DNA of 64,000 nt from Gemmatimonadota bacterium (GCA_046726475.1 JBKPAO010000036.1:674-64673); one strand, 5' to 3'; shown: positions 21,009-30,570, counted from the first letter of the stretch. Notes: generated from the sequence alone by a model not told the origin. Numbers and translations are program-made.

Positions 21009-22537
21009 AACGTTGCCTCCGTCGGCGTCGCCGCCGGAAGGCGGACCCGCACCACCGTTTCCCCGGCCCGACTCGCGATCTCGACCCGTCCGTTGTTCTG
21101 CTCCACGTAACGTTTGGCAATCGCGAGCCCCAGACCGGTGCCCTCCTGCCGAGTGGTGAAGAACGGCTCCCAGACCGATGGCAGGACCTGTGGTGGAATT
21201 CCCGGGCCGGTATCAGCGATCTCGATGGAGACCTGATCCGGCCCGCTCGCCCCGTTTGCCACCACTGAACCGGCGATTCGGAGGCGGCCTCCCCGCGGCA
21301 TCGCGTCGAGTGCGTTGGAGACGATCTCGAGCAGGGCCTGCTCGATCTGCATCGGGTCTACCTGGACGTCGGGCAACGCCGCCGGTAGCTCGAGCTGCAG
21401 CTCTACCCCTCGTTCGTGAAGCTGCTTGCCGAACGCGGGGAGCAGGCCGTCAACCAGGCGGCGGACGTTTTCTCGAAGCGGGTGGAATGGTGCCGGTCGG
21501 GAAAAGCTCAGCAGGTGGCTGATCCGGCGATCCAGCCGGTCGACCTCCTCAATAATGGCATTGAGATGCTCGGCCGCGGAGGGAGCATCCGGATGCCGCC
21601 GCACCAGCTGGGCCGCCGCCCGGAGGCTGGCGAGAGGGTTGCGAAGCCCGTGAGCCACGGCGGCCGACATCTCACCGATGGACGCAAGTTTTTCCGATTG
21701 CACCAGCTGAGCCTGGGTTCGCTCGAGCTGGGAGATCTTTGCCTCCAGCTCGGCGTTGAGCCGGAGCAGATCGGTGCGCGACTCTCGCAGTTTATCCGTC
21801 ATCCGACCGAATGCCCCAGCGAGTTCGCCGACCTCGTCGCGGGAGGTGACCCGCACTGGGTGATCCAGGTCGCCCGCACCAACCACTGCCATGGCGCCGG
21901 CGAGCTCGCCCAGCGGCCGCGCCAAGCCTCGGGCGATCAGCCAAGAGCCGAGCAACCCCCCACCGAGTGACAGGAGCAGGGTCACGAGCAGGATTCGATT
22001 CTGGTCGGCCAGAATTGCCTCGACCCGGGAATAGGCCCCGCGGACGCTGGACTCTCTCGCCTGGCGATAGATCTGGCGGTTCATCTGAGTGAGGGCGGGG
22101 AGCAGCCGGCCCTTGAGCTCGCGCTGCGCCATTCTGAAGGCGGCCTGATGCTGGCCGGCATCGTAGAGCCGAAAGATCCTGTCGGCGGTGGTCTGAATCT
22201 GGCGCTGAATTTCGGCTACCCCACCGGCCAGCGACTGTTCCTCAGGACGGAGCTCGGCGGCCCATCGTTTCTGCCAGTAATCGACCACTTGTCCGGTGAG
22301 TTGAAATTCCCGGCGTGCGGTGGGGTCGAGCCCGCTCAGGTAACGCCAGATGACCTCGCTCTGATCGAACATTGCCGTCTCCAGCTCGGCATAAGTCCGG
22401 GTCCGCGCCATGCTTTCTCCCAGCGCTTGCAAGGCCTTCCGCTCAAGCATGTTGCTTCGGATAGCCCCGGCGCTGACCACCAACGCGGGGACGACCATGA
22501 GCGAAAATCCGAGCAACAGTTTGCGCTGGAAGGTCAC
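21005..22537 (-). CDS. sensor histidine kinase (periplasmic helical sensor, HAMP, HisKA, HATPase_c)
   Basis: 510 aa with two TM segments flanking a region of about 170 aa, a HAMP domain, H-box AAVAHGLRNPL, and G-boxes DTGPGI / GTGLGLAI. Its stop overlaps the response regulator start by 4 nt. Confidence 0.9.
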   Translation of the reverse strand: MTFQRKLLLGFSLMVVPALVVSAGAIRSNMLERKALQALGESMARTRTYAELETAMFDQSEVIWRYLSGLDPTARREFQLTGQVVDYWQKRWAAELRPEEQSLAGGVAEIQRQIQTTADRIFRLYDAGQHQAAFRMAQRELKGRLLPALTQMNRQIYRQARESSVRGAYSRVEAILADQNRILLVTLLLSLGGGLLGSWLIARGLARPLGELAGAMAVVGAGDLDHPVRVTSRDEVGELAGAFGRMTDKLRESRTDLLRLNAELEAKISQLERTQAQLVQSEKLASIGEMSAAVAHGLRNPLASLRAAAQLVRRHPDAPSAAEHLNAIIEEVDRLDRRISHLLSFSRPAPFHPLRENVRRLVDGLLPAFGKQLHERGVELQLELPAALPDVQVDPMQIEQALLEIVSNALDAMPRGGRLRIAGSVVANGASGPDQVSIEIADTGPGIPPQVLPSVWEPFFTTRQEGTGLGLAIAKRYVEQNNGRVEIASRAGETVVRVRLPAATPTEATL

Positions 22538-22558
22538 ATGTAAAAGCTAACCGGTACC

Positions 22559-22756
22559 ATGGCGATGGTTAGATGTTTTCAGGTCTATAATGAGCTTGGG
22601 CATGGCTTTCTCGAATCGGTGTATACGGAAGCAATGGCGGGGGAGCTACGTCAGGCGGGACTACGCATCGATCGTGAAGTACCCCCTGGCTGTCATCACA
22701 AGTATGGCCACCGCATCAACGCTCGAGCGTTTATTCCTCGAGTGGCCACCGACTGA
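22559..22756 (+). pseudogene. truncated GxxExxY-family (PD-(D/E)XK-like) gene remnant
   Basis: The 65-aa ORF carries the family signature (YNELGHGFLESVYTEAMAGELRQAGLRIDREV) and then terminates at about half the normal length. The downstream nuclease-core part is missing in all frames. Confidence 0.5.
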
Positions 22757-22792
22757 TCAGTGTTCACCCGCGTTGATCCGTGGCAACCTACA

Positions 22793-23917
22793 TCAGTGTT
22801 CACGGGCAACAGCACTGGTCTGCTGGTCCTCGCCAGTCGTAATGGTGACCTCCACCGACATCCCCGGCCTAAGGGGTGTCGTGGTCTGGGTAGGCTGGTC
22901 GACCTCGATCTTGACCGGAATGCGCTGCACCACCTTGGTGAAGTTTCCGGTGGCGTTGTCGGGCGGCAGAAGGGCAAACCGGGCGCCTGTAGCCGGACTC
23001 AGGCTCACCACCCGGCCCTGGAATTCATGGCCGGGGTAGGCGTCGACCGTGAACTCAGCCCGGTCCCCGACCCTCACGTTCGTTAGCTGGGTCTCTTTGA
23101 GGTTTGCCGTCACCCACACGTCGCTATCCGGTACGATCGACATGAGAGTCTGTCCGATCTGCACCAGAGCGCCGCTCTCTGCGTTGCGTTTGGCGATCGT
23201 TCCCGAGATAGGGGCGGTGATATAGGCGTAGCTGAGCTGAAGCCGGGCGTTGTCGACCTCCGCCTCCGCGGCAGCCAATCGTGCGTCGGCACTCCGGACG
23301 GCGGCCCCGGAAGCTGAGACCTGGCTGCCGGCCGCCGCCGCCTGCCGCCGTGCAGCCTCCAGGTTAGCCCGGGCGGTGGTGAAGGCAGCCTCGGCAGCGT
23401 CGAGCTGCTGCGCAGGGACAATCTTTTGGGCCGCCAGCTGGCGAATGCGCGGCAGGTCGGCAGCCGCCTTCTTGTAATCGCCTTCCGCCGCGGCCACCGC
23501 CGCGGTAACCGAGGCGGCCTGGGACCGGGTTGCCTGGAACTGGGCCCGAGCCTCGCCGGGGCGGCCACGGCCTCCGCCCGCCGCCTGCGCTGCATGCAGA
23601 TCGGCCTCGGCCTGCTCCAGCTTCACCTTTAGGTCGCGATCATCCAACACTACCAGGGTGTCTTCAGCCTGCACGTGCTGGTTGTCATCCACTAGCACTC
23701 TCGAGACGAACGCGGCGACCCGCGGAGCAATCAGGGTGATATGGGTGTCCACCTGCGCATTGTCGGTGGTGACGTGGTGCCTGGAGAACAGGTATCGGCG
23801 GATTCCCCACACGGCCAGCGCGAGCACCAGCACGCCGACGATGAGGAGCGGAAGCCGCCGGCGCTTGATAGTTGGCGCGGGTGCGGCCTCGGGCACCTCT
23901 GGTGTCTCGGAAGCCAT
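22793..23917 (-). CDS. HlyD/EmrA-family membrane fusion (periplasmic adaptor) protein
   Basis: 374 aa with an N-terminal TM (LPLLIVGVLVLALAVWGI), TDNAQVD, a long Ala-rich coiled coil, and a C-terminal beta-barrel segment (GMSVEVTI). Confidence 0.9.
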   Translation of the reverse strand: MASETPEVPEAAPAPTIKRRRLPLLIVGVLVLALAVWGIRRYLFSRHHVTTDNAQVDTHITLIAPRVAAFVSRVLVDDNQHVQAEDTLVVLDDRDLKVKLEQAEADLHAAQAAGGGRGRPGEARAQFQATRSQAASVTAAVAAAEGDYKKAAADLPRIRQLAAQKIVPAQQLDAAEAAFTTARANLEAARRQAAAAGSQVSASGAAVRSADARLAAAEAEVDNARLQLSYAYITAPISGTIAKRNAESGALVQIGQTLMSIVPDSDVWVTANLKETQLTNVRVGDRAEFTVDAYPGHEFQGRVVSLSPATGARFALLPPDNATGNFTKVVQRIPVKIEVDQPTQTTTPLRPGMSVEVTITTGEDQQTSAVAREH

Positions 23918-23941
23918 GTTGCCGTCTCGTTCGGTAAACGT

Positions 23942-25255
23942 TCAATGAAGTTGATCGATGACGCCTAACGCGCGATAGGCACCCACCCGTGCCGTCCCGT
24001 AGTTCACCCGGGCTTGGATCAACGCGTCATGGGCCGCGATCACCGAGCTTTGGGCGTTGGTCGTTTCTACGCTGCCCGCGACCCCAGCCCGAAACCGCTC
24101 CTGCGCCTCGCGCAGCTCGCGATCGGCCAAACGGACCCGCTCGCCCGCTATGGACAGCTGCTGTTCGGCTGAGCCAAGGTCGAGCACCGCCTGGCGAGCT
24201 TCGGTCTCGACCTGGTTCGCGAGATCGCGCTCGCGGATCTCCTGAATCTCGAGCCGGGCCTCCTGCTCTTGGGAGCGGTTCTGGCGACGAAATCCGTCCA
24301 GGATCGGTACGCTCAGAAGCAGCTGAAGGTTGTAGGTACTAGCGATTGAGCTGGTGCTCCGACCGCTTTCGGTATACGCCCCGTTGAAGCCCAGGCTGGG
24401 CAGGTATTCGTACCTGATCGCTCTCAGATTGCGGCGGACGGCCTGGGTTCGGGCGCGCTCGGCTGCCAACTCAGCCCGGTGCTCCCGAGCGAAGCGGGCG
24501 GCTTCGTCGGGCTGACGCGGGATAGTGAGTGGGGCGAGGCCCAGCGTGTCGGCCAACTGGAGTCGGCTGCCGGATGGAAGGTCAAGCGCACGCACCAGAT
24601 CAAGCCTGGCCCGATCCTCCGTGTTCCGAGCAACCTCCAGCTGCGTCCGCACGGAGGCGAAGCTCACTTCACTGCGGGTAGCATCGATGGCGGGGTTCAC
24701 TCCGGCCTGCACCAACTGCCGCGCCTGGGCCAACAGCTCAGCTGCTATCGCACTGTCTGCGCTGCGGGCACGCACCGCTTCCTCGGCACTGAGGACCCGT
24801 AGATACGCGAGGCCGGCCGTCGCGCCGGAGATCTCACCGACCGCCTGCGCATCCAATCCCGCGGCAATGGCCGTATCCCGTCCCGCACGCAGGCGCGCGA
24901 TGGCGCCGGCATCGAACAGGGTTTGAGAGACGCGGAGCTGGAGCGAGTAGATGTTGAAGGGATCGGTGACACCGGTCGCTACCGGGAGACCGAACTCGTC
25001 CAGATTGAGCGTTTGCCGGGTCAGGGAAGCTCGACCACTGATGTTCGGTAGCAGATCGGCCCGGCGTTGCCCGGTCCGCGCCTCCGCTGCCCGGACGTTC
25101 AGGTGGGCAATGGCCGCCTCCACTCCCTGCTGCCGGCCTAAGGTGATTGCGTCGAGGAGGGTGATGGGCCCGGATGGTCTCGTGGGGGTCTGCGCGGCCA
25201 GCGGCGTCGCGACCAGCACACCGCCGAAGATCAACCGGCCCAGAAAAACGCGCAT
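23942..25255 (-). CDS. TolC-family outer membrane efflux protein
   Basis: From ATG 25255: MRVFLGRLIFGGVLVATPLAAQ signal peptide, then two OEP repeats rich in coiled-coil (LLPNISG..., YLPSLGFNGAY). The ORF-track start at 25363 looks like an extension. Confidence 0.88.
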   Translation of the reverse strand: MRVFLGRLIFGGVLVATPLAAQTPTRPSGPITLLDAITLGRQQGVEAAIAHLNVRAAEARTGQRRADLLPNISGRASLTRQTLNLDEFGLPVATGVTDPFNIYSLQLRVSQTLFDAGAIARLRAGRDTAIAAGLDAQAVGEISGATAGLAYLRVLSAEEAVRARSADSAIAAELLAQARQLVQAGVNPAIDATRSEVSFASVRTQLEVARNTEDRARLDLVRALDLPSGSRLQLADTLGLAPLTIPRQPDEAARFAREHRAELAAERARTQAVRRNLRAIRYEYLPSLGFNGAYTESGRSTSSIASTYNLQLLLSVPILDGFRRQNRSQEQEARLEIQEIRERDLANQVETEARQAVLDLGSAEQQLSIAGERVRLADRELREAQERFRAGVAGSVETTNAQSSVIAAHDALIQARVNYGTARVGAYRALGVIDQLH

Positions 25256-25586
25256 GATTGAGAGACTCAGCTCCAAAACCAGGGCACCGCATTCACCGGT
25301 GTCGCCGCCAATAGGAAGCAGGAAACTAACGGGCCTCACAGCTTTTGGAGTTCTTCCCACCACAGGGACGTAACGGGGAGCGCCGTAGGCCAGCAGGCAC
25401 CTGGAAATGCGGCAGCGGAGCCGAACTCTTCCTAGTCATTAAGCGGCCGACCTGCAGGGCCTTGCAGTGACTGTGCTCACCGCAGCCGCAGCCGGTTTGG
25501 CTAACCTTCATACAGGCAGAATTCATCTTGCTCTGCTCTCTTTAATTTCGTAGCTTGTCGGTAACCTGCTGCGGGAGGTCCTGCCG

Positions 25587-26705
25587 ATGTCGGACGCATT
25601 CCTCAGCTCCGACGACTTCGACGAACAAGCCCATCACCTCTACAACGAAGGCCACTACGATGAAGCCCTAAGCGTTTTGAATGAAGGCATCGCGCTGTAC
25701 CCCCACGCCGTCGAATTGCACATCGGAAGAGCCTACGCCCATCTGGCCCGGGAAGAGTATGCCTGGTCCCGGCGGAGCTTCGAGCAGGCACTCGCTCTGG
25801 ATCCAGATCATGAAGACGGACTGGCCGGCCTCGGTGAAACCCTGCTCAAGCTGGGTGACCGGGCCGGTGCCATGCGAGCGATGGAGCGAATCCTCCAGCT
25901 GGGATTTCAGGACGATCACGAGCTCATGCTGCAAATCGGCCGCGCCCTGTTCCGGGAAGGCCTGGTAGCGCCGGCGCATCGCTTCTTCGACCTGGCAGCC
26001 GCCGCCCACCCCGAGTCTCCTGATGCCGCTGCCTGTCTCGGTTATGCCGCTCACCGCTTGGGTAACGACGCGGGCTCGCTTTACTGGCTTCGCCGGGCGC
26101 TGGAGATCGACGCTGGGTACAGCGAAGCCCGGATCTACCTGGCCAATCTGCTGTACGATCGCGGCGAAAGCGAAGCGGCCCTGCACCAGCTGGAGCGTAC
26201 CCAGCCGGAGGAGCATTATGACGAGCTCGGGATCTGGCGGCACATCGAGCTGAAAAAGACCATCTATCGTCTACCCGACGAGGACCCGGAACTGGCGCCG
26301 TGGCTGGTGCGACTCAGCGAAGTGGCGGGTGAGCCCGATGCCATCGACATGCTGCTGGCCGAGGTGGAGGCTCAGCAGGCCGACGGGGGGGTACGGGATC
26401 CGCATCAACTGGAGCTTTTCGGGACGCTGCTCAGTGAACTCCACGCCATGCAGAAGAAACCCGGGCAGAGCGAGTCCCATCTGATCATGACACTGGCCGG
26501 CCACTCGATCCGGGGTACCTGGGAAGAAATTCTTCAGCAGATGAAGGCCGCCGACCGGGAATGGGCTCAAGGGTCAATGACCGACTTCATGGCCAGTCTG
26601 GCGCGGCGAGGCCAGGCCGAGACCGGCGTGGTGATCCCGACGACCGATCCCGAGGCGTTCATCAAGGGCAGCGCCGAGGCGGGAGTGCTGCGAATCGTGC
26701 AGTGA
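25587..26705 (+). CDS. tetratricopeptide repeat protein
   Basis: 372 aa with several TPR units (YNEGHYDEALSVLNEGIALYPH..., AWSRRSFEQALALDPDH..., GSLYWLRRALEIDAGY...). Confidence 0.78.
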   Translation: MSDAFLSSDDFDEQAHHLYNEGHYDEALSVLNEGIALYPHAVELHIGRAYAHLAREEYAWSRRSFEQALALDPDHEDGLAGLGETLLKLGDRAGAMRAMERILQLGFQDDHELMLQIGRALFREGLVAPAHRFFDLAAAAHPESPDAAACLGYAAHRLGNDAGSLYWLRRALEIDAGYSEARIYLANLLYDRGESEAALHQLERTQPEEHYDELGIWRHIELKKTIYRLPDEDPELAPWLVRLSEVAGEPDAIDMLLAEVEAQQADGGVRDPHQLELFGTLLSELHAMQKKPGQSESHLIMTLAGHSIRGTWEEILQQMKAADREWAQGSMTDFMASLARRGQAETGVVIPTTDPEAFIKGSAEAGVLRIVQ

Positions 26706-26736
26706 CTCCGTAAACGGTCAACAGTGAACGGTGAAC

Positions 26737-26771
26737 GGGCGTCCAGTTAAGTTTGGACGCCCTGTTTCTTT
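26737..26771 (+). terminator. rho-independent terminator after the TPR gene
   Basis: GGGCGTCCA-gttaagtt-TGGACGCCC (9-bp stem) followed by TGTTTCTTT. It is preceded by CGGTCAA CAGTGAA CGGTGAA heptamers. Confidence 0.7.
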
Positions 26772-26789
26772 CCGGAGCCAAGGACTCGC

Positions 26790-29453
26790 ATGACCGCTGC
26801 ATCAACCCCGTCACCGATGACCGCTCACGGTTCGCGCCGTTGGACCGAAGGCGTTCATCGCCACGTCCTCCCCAACGGCTTGACGCTGCTGATACAGGTG
26901 GATTATTCCGCCCCAGTGGTCGCTCTGGTCACTCACGTGAAGGCCGGCTTCTTCGATGAGCCGGACAAATGGACCGGCATCTCTCATGTGCTGGAGCACA
27001 TGTTTTTCAAGGGCACCGTTCGACGGGGTGTCGGCTCGATCGCCCGGGAGACCAAGGGAGTTGGTGGGTATCTGAATGCCGGAACCGGCTACGATCACAC
27101 CAGTTACTTCACGGTGCTTCCTGCATCCAGTCTTCCCCAGGCACTGGACATCCAGTCCGATGCCCTGCGGAACTCGATCATCGACCAGGGCGAGCTCGCG
27201 CGGGAGCTCCAGGTCATCATCCAAGAGGCCAAGCGCAAGCGCGACACGCCGAGTGCAGTGGCCCAAGAGACACTGCACGAGGTGATGTTCGACCGCCACC
27301 GTATCCGGCGCTGGCGCATTGGCCACGAAGCGGATCTCGCCAAACTCACGCGGGAGGACGTCGTCTCGTACTATCGGTCCCGCTACGTGCCCGAACGGAC
27401 GGTAGTCGCGATTGTCGGTGCCATCGATCCTGCCGCTGCGCTGGACCTGGCAACAGCCCGCTATGGTGACTGGCCCAGGGCTCCCGGCGCCGTCGACCCG
27501 TCTCCGGAAGAACCGTTGCGACGAGAAGTTCGGGCCCGGACCCTCCGAGGTGATATCAGCCAGGCCGAACTGGTGCTGGGATGGAGGACGGTGCCCGCCC
27601 TGCATGATGATGCCCCGGCACTCGACATGGCTGCGGCGGTGCTCGCGGCTGGTCGGGGGAGCTTGTTGTACCAGGCATTGCGGGAGCCGGGGTTGGTAAC
27701 CTCGATCTCGGCGCACAACTATACCCCAACCGAGCTGGGGGTGTTCAGCGTGGGGGCGGACCTCGCTCCTGAGATGCTCGAACCGGCCGTGGAGAAGATC
27801 GCCGAGTCTGTGTCCCGGCTGAGCCTACTGGGGCCGAATGTCGAAGAGCTTCGTCGCGCCCGCACCCTCCTGGAGGCGCGCTGGGCCAGGCGACTCGAGA
27901 CCATGGAGGGCAAGGCTGCTGCCCTTGCCGCGGCCGAAGCCCTGGAACACGTATCGTTCCTGGACCGGGAATATGCTGCGCTTCAGGCAGTGGACGCGGA
28001 CGCGGTCCGAGAGGCCACCAGACGGTATCTCCAGCCGGACAGCATATCCGGGGTGGTGTATTTGCCTACCGGGGCCGGGCCCGAGCTGACACCCACCTTG
28101 CTGGAGCGGAGCTTCGCAGTCACCCCCCTCAACCCGGGTTCTCCTCTCCCGCTGCCGCGACGACCAGTGCCCCCGATTGTACAGGTACCTGCCTCCCGTG
28201 AAGCCGAGGTCGAGCATACCCGATTGAACGGCATCGACCTATTGGTTCGGCGCAAGACCGGGGTTCCCCTGGTCACGCTCGGACTGTACTCGCCGCGACT
28301 GGAGTTCGATCCCCCGGCGCAGGCCGGACTCGGCGCGCTGCTGGTCAGAGGGGCCGTGCGTGGAGCCGGCGAGATGGATGCCGGGGAGCTGGCATTTGCC
28401 TTCGAGCAACTAGGAGGGAGTTTGGCCCCCTCAGCCGCATCGGATTGGCTGGGATTCAGTACGACCGTGCTGTCCGAGCATCTCGCGGAGGCCGCTGTCC
28501 TTCTCGATCTCGTTTTCCGCACGCCGCGGCTGAACGACCGCGAGCTGGAGACGGAGCGGAGCCTGATGATGACAGAGGCTGAGCAGGTGTCCGATGACAT
28601 GTTCCGCTATCCGTTTCAGCTCGGTTTTGCTGAAGCGTTCGGCGATTCGGGCTATGGTTTGCCGGTGGGCGGCCTGCCCGAAACCTTGCCCGCGATATCG
28701 CCGACCGACGTCCGAGCCTGGCATAGCGGTGCCTTCCTCCGGAGCCGGCCGGTTGTAGTGGCAGTAGGCGACGTAGATCCCCGTCAAGCGAGCGCCACCT
28801 TGGCCGGAGTGTTTCGGGACTACCCGGCGCTCGCGGACGGTCGCAGGCCGGATCAGCAGATCCGCACCATCAGCGGGAGCAGCTCCAGCCGGATCGCTCA
28901 CCGGGAGAAGGCTCAGGCCGCCCTCGCAATGATCTTTCCCGGGCCCGCCAGGCGCGATCCCAACCGAGTTGCCGCCGAGGTCTGGGCCGCGGTCGCCAGC
29001 GGGCTGGGGGGCCGAATGTTCGAGGCGTTGCGCGACCGGCGCTCGCTGGCCTATACGGTGCTCGCCTCCAGCTGGCAGCGCGGCCGTGCCGGAGCGCTGG
29101 TCACCTACATCGCCACCTCACCCGAGCGCGAGGAAGAGGCGCGGGCAGCTATGCTGGAGCAACTCGATCTCTTCACCCGCGCGCCGGTCACCGAAGAGGA
29201 GCGGCTCCAGGCGATCAACTACCTCGCGGGCCAGGCCGAGCTCGCGCGCCAAAGTGCGGGCGCACTGTCCGCAGAGATCCTGGAGGCGTGGCTGATCGGG
29301 AACGGACTATCGGACCTTCAGGATCCTGCTGGCGCGTTTCGCGCCGTCACCGCGGAGGATGTTTTGCGGGTCGCACGGGAGAACCTGGACCCGTCGCGGA
29401 GGGCCGAGGGGATTGTGCGGGGGACTGGAATCAGGTCGCCAGCCGGCGGCTGA
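26790..29453 (+). CDS. M16 (pitrilysin/insulinase) family zinc peptidase, double-unit PqqL-like architecture
   Basis: 887 aa with the inverted zinc motif HVLEHMFFKGT in the first unit and a second inactive-type M16 pair in the C-terminal half. Confidence 0.9.
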   Translation: MTAASTPSPMTAHGSRRWTEGVHRHVLPNGLTLLIQVDYSAPVVALVTHVKAGFFDEPDKWTGISHVLEHMFFKGTVRRGVGSIARETKGVGGYLNAGTGYDHTSYFTVLPASSLPQALDIQSDALRNSIIDQGELARELQVIIQEAKRKRDTPSAVAQETLHEVMFDRHRIRRWRIGHEADLAKLTREDVVSYYRSRYVPERTVVAIVGAIDPAAALDLATARYGDWPRAPGAVDPSPEEPLRREVRARTLRGDISQAELVLGWRTVPALHDDAPALDMAAAVLAAGRGSLLYQALREPGLVTSISAHNYTPTELGVFSVGADLAPEMLEPAVEKIAESVSRLSLLGPNVEELRRARTLLEARWARRLETMEGKAAALAAAEALEHVSFLDREYAALQAVDADAVREATRRYLQPDSISGVVYLPTGAGPELTPTLLERSFAVTPLNPGSPLPLPRRPVPPIVQVPASREAEVEHTRLNGIDLLVRRKTGVPLVTLGLYSPRLEFDPPAQAGLGALLVRGAVRGAGEMDAGELAFAFEQLGGSLAPSAASDWLGFSTTVLSEHLAEAAVLLDLVFRTPRLNDRELETERSLMMTEAEQVSDDMFRYPFQLGFAEAFGDSGYGLPVGGLPETLPAISPTDVRAWHSGAFLRSRPVVVAVGDVDPRQASATLAGVFRDYPALADGRRPDQQIRTISGSSSSRIAHREKAQAALAMIFPGPARRDPNRVAAEVWAAVASGLGGRMFEALRDRRSLAYTVLASSWQRGRAGALVTYIATSPEREEEARAAMLEQLDLFTRAPVTEEERLQAINYLAGQAELARQSAGALSAEILEAWLIGNGLSDLQDPAGAFRAVTAEDVLRVARENLDPSRRAEGIVRGTGIRSPAGG

Positions 29454-29736
29454 TCACGTCAATGCCCTTTCCGACATCGGCTGGTGCTCGGGCTACGATG
29501 TCGACCAGGCAGATTCCCTCTGCCGGAGCGCAGTGCAGCACGATATGCCCTTCCAGGCAAAGCAGCGCCACTGCGATGTCCCCGGCTCCTTCCCTCGCGA
29601 CTGGTGGCCCCAGCCCCGGCATGCCGACTGCTCCCGCGGCAGCGACCACCAGGGCCGATAGCCCGTCGGTGTCCCGGAGCCGCTCCGGATTGAGATCGGT
29701 AAACTCGAGCAGGTAGTGGTTAAAGGTGGCGTTCAC
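29431..29736 (-). CDS. S-adenosylmethionine decarboxylase (SpeH/SpeD class 1)-like protein lacking the pyruvoyl-forming Ser
   Basis: Alignable by eye to class-1 AdoMetDC (HYLLEF...DGLSALVVAAAGAVG...VALLCLEGHIVLHCAPAEGICLVDIVA). It has EG where the self-cleaving ES site is expected and no TCG cysteine. GTG 29736 lies 7 nt after the upstream stop; the ORF-track start at 29805 overlaps that gene. Confidence 0.6.
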   Translation of the reverse strand: MNATFNHYLLEFTDLNPERLRDTDGLSALVVAAAGAVGMPGLGPPVAREGAGDIAVALLCLEGHIVLHCAPAEGICLVDIVARAPADVGKGIDVISRRLAT

Positions 29737-29743
29737 CAGACGC

Positions 29744-30517
29744 CTACACTCGAGCGGGGGAGTGCGCGACTGCTTCCCGGTATCCCTCCGGAATCCCAAC
29801 ATCAAAAAACGTGGCAGGATTCATCACACCGGCCAAAGCTTCCCGGGTGGCCAAACGCTGGAGGACCGGCACATCGTCCAGCTCCTTTCCCGGTTGGAGA
29901 TCCCGGCTTAGCTCGTCGAACTCTGCGAGGATGTCGCCCCCGAAGGCCATCCGGCCGATCGGCGTGACCGCGGCCTCGGCGCCGGCCGTGTCGAACCTTC
30001 CAGCACCCTTGTCGGCGACCGCGATGACTCGGAGGGATCCCGAGGCGTCCTGGCGAACGGTCGCCCTTCCGGTAGCCCCCTTGGTAGCGGCTTCCTTCTT
30101 CTCAATCGCGGTGAGTAGCACCGTCGCCAAACCGGTCGAGCGATAAGTCGCCAGTACTGCGGCAGAAGGATTGGGACCATGAAATAGATTATCGGGCAAA
30201 AGCGCTAGAAAGGGAGATCCGGCCAGTTGATCTCGCGCCCGCAGGAACGCGTCACCCAATCCCCTGGGATGGTCCTGAGGCACGAACTCGAGCTCGAGTG
30301 GTCCCGGATAGTTTCGGGCTACCGTTTCGAGCACAGGCTTGTGCGGATTGGTGATAATGATTGCCCGCAGCAATCCCGCTGCCGCCGCCTCATCCAGCGC
30401 CCAGTACAACACGGGCTTGAGTCCAACTGGGAGGACCTCCTTGGGAAGCCACCGGGTGATCGGATGCAGGCGGGTACCCAGCCCCCCGCACGGAATCACC
30501 GCCGTGTCGAGCGTCAT
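29744..30517 (-). CDS. sugar-phosphate nucleotidyltransferase (GalU/UTP-glucose-1-phosphate uridylyltransferase-like)
   Basis: 257 aa with the N-terminal AVIPCGGLGTRLHPITRWLPKEVLPV nucleotide-binding signature. Confidence 0.83.
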   Translation of the reverse strand: MTLDTAVIPCGGLGTRLHPITRWLPKEVLPVGLKPVLYWALDEAAAAGLLRAIIITNPHKPVLETVARNYPGPLELEFVPQDHPRGLGDAFLRARDQLAGSPFLALLPDNLFHGPNPSAAVLATYRSTGLATVLLTAIEKKEAATKGATGRATVRQDASGSLRVIAVADKGAGRFDTAGAEAAVTPIGRMAFGGDILAEFDELSRDLQPGKELDDVPVLQRLATREALAGVMNPATFFDVGIPEGYREAVAHSPARV

Positions 30518-30570
30518 GAGATGGAGGGGGTCACGAGGAAGGGCGGAGCAGGAGGGCGGACCAGGGTATC

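Noticed and set aside
25326-25526. 66-aa Cys/His-containing ORF (MKVSQTGCGCGEHSHC...) upstream of the TolC-family gene; possibly a small metal-binding peptide.
   Set aside because: It has no RBS and its 3' part overlaps the TolC ORF-track extension. Codon usage in its first half does not look coding (low GC3), and no family is recognisable. It is kept only as a very weak possibility, testable by ribosome profiling.
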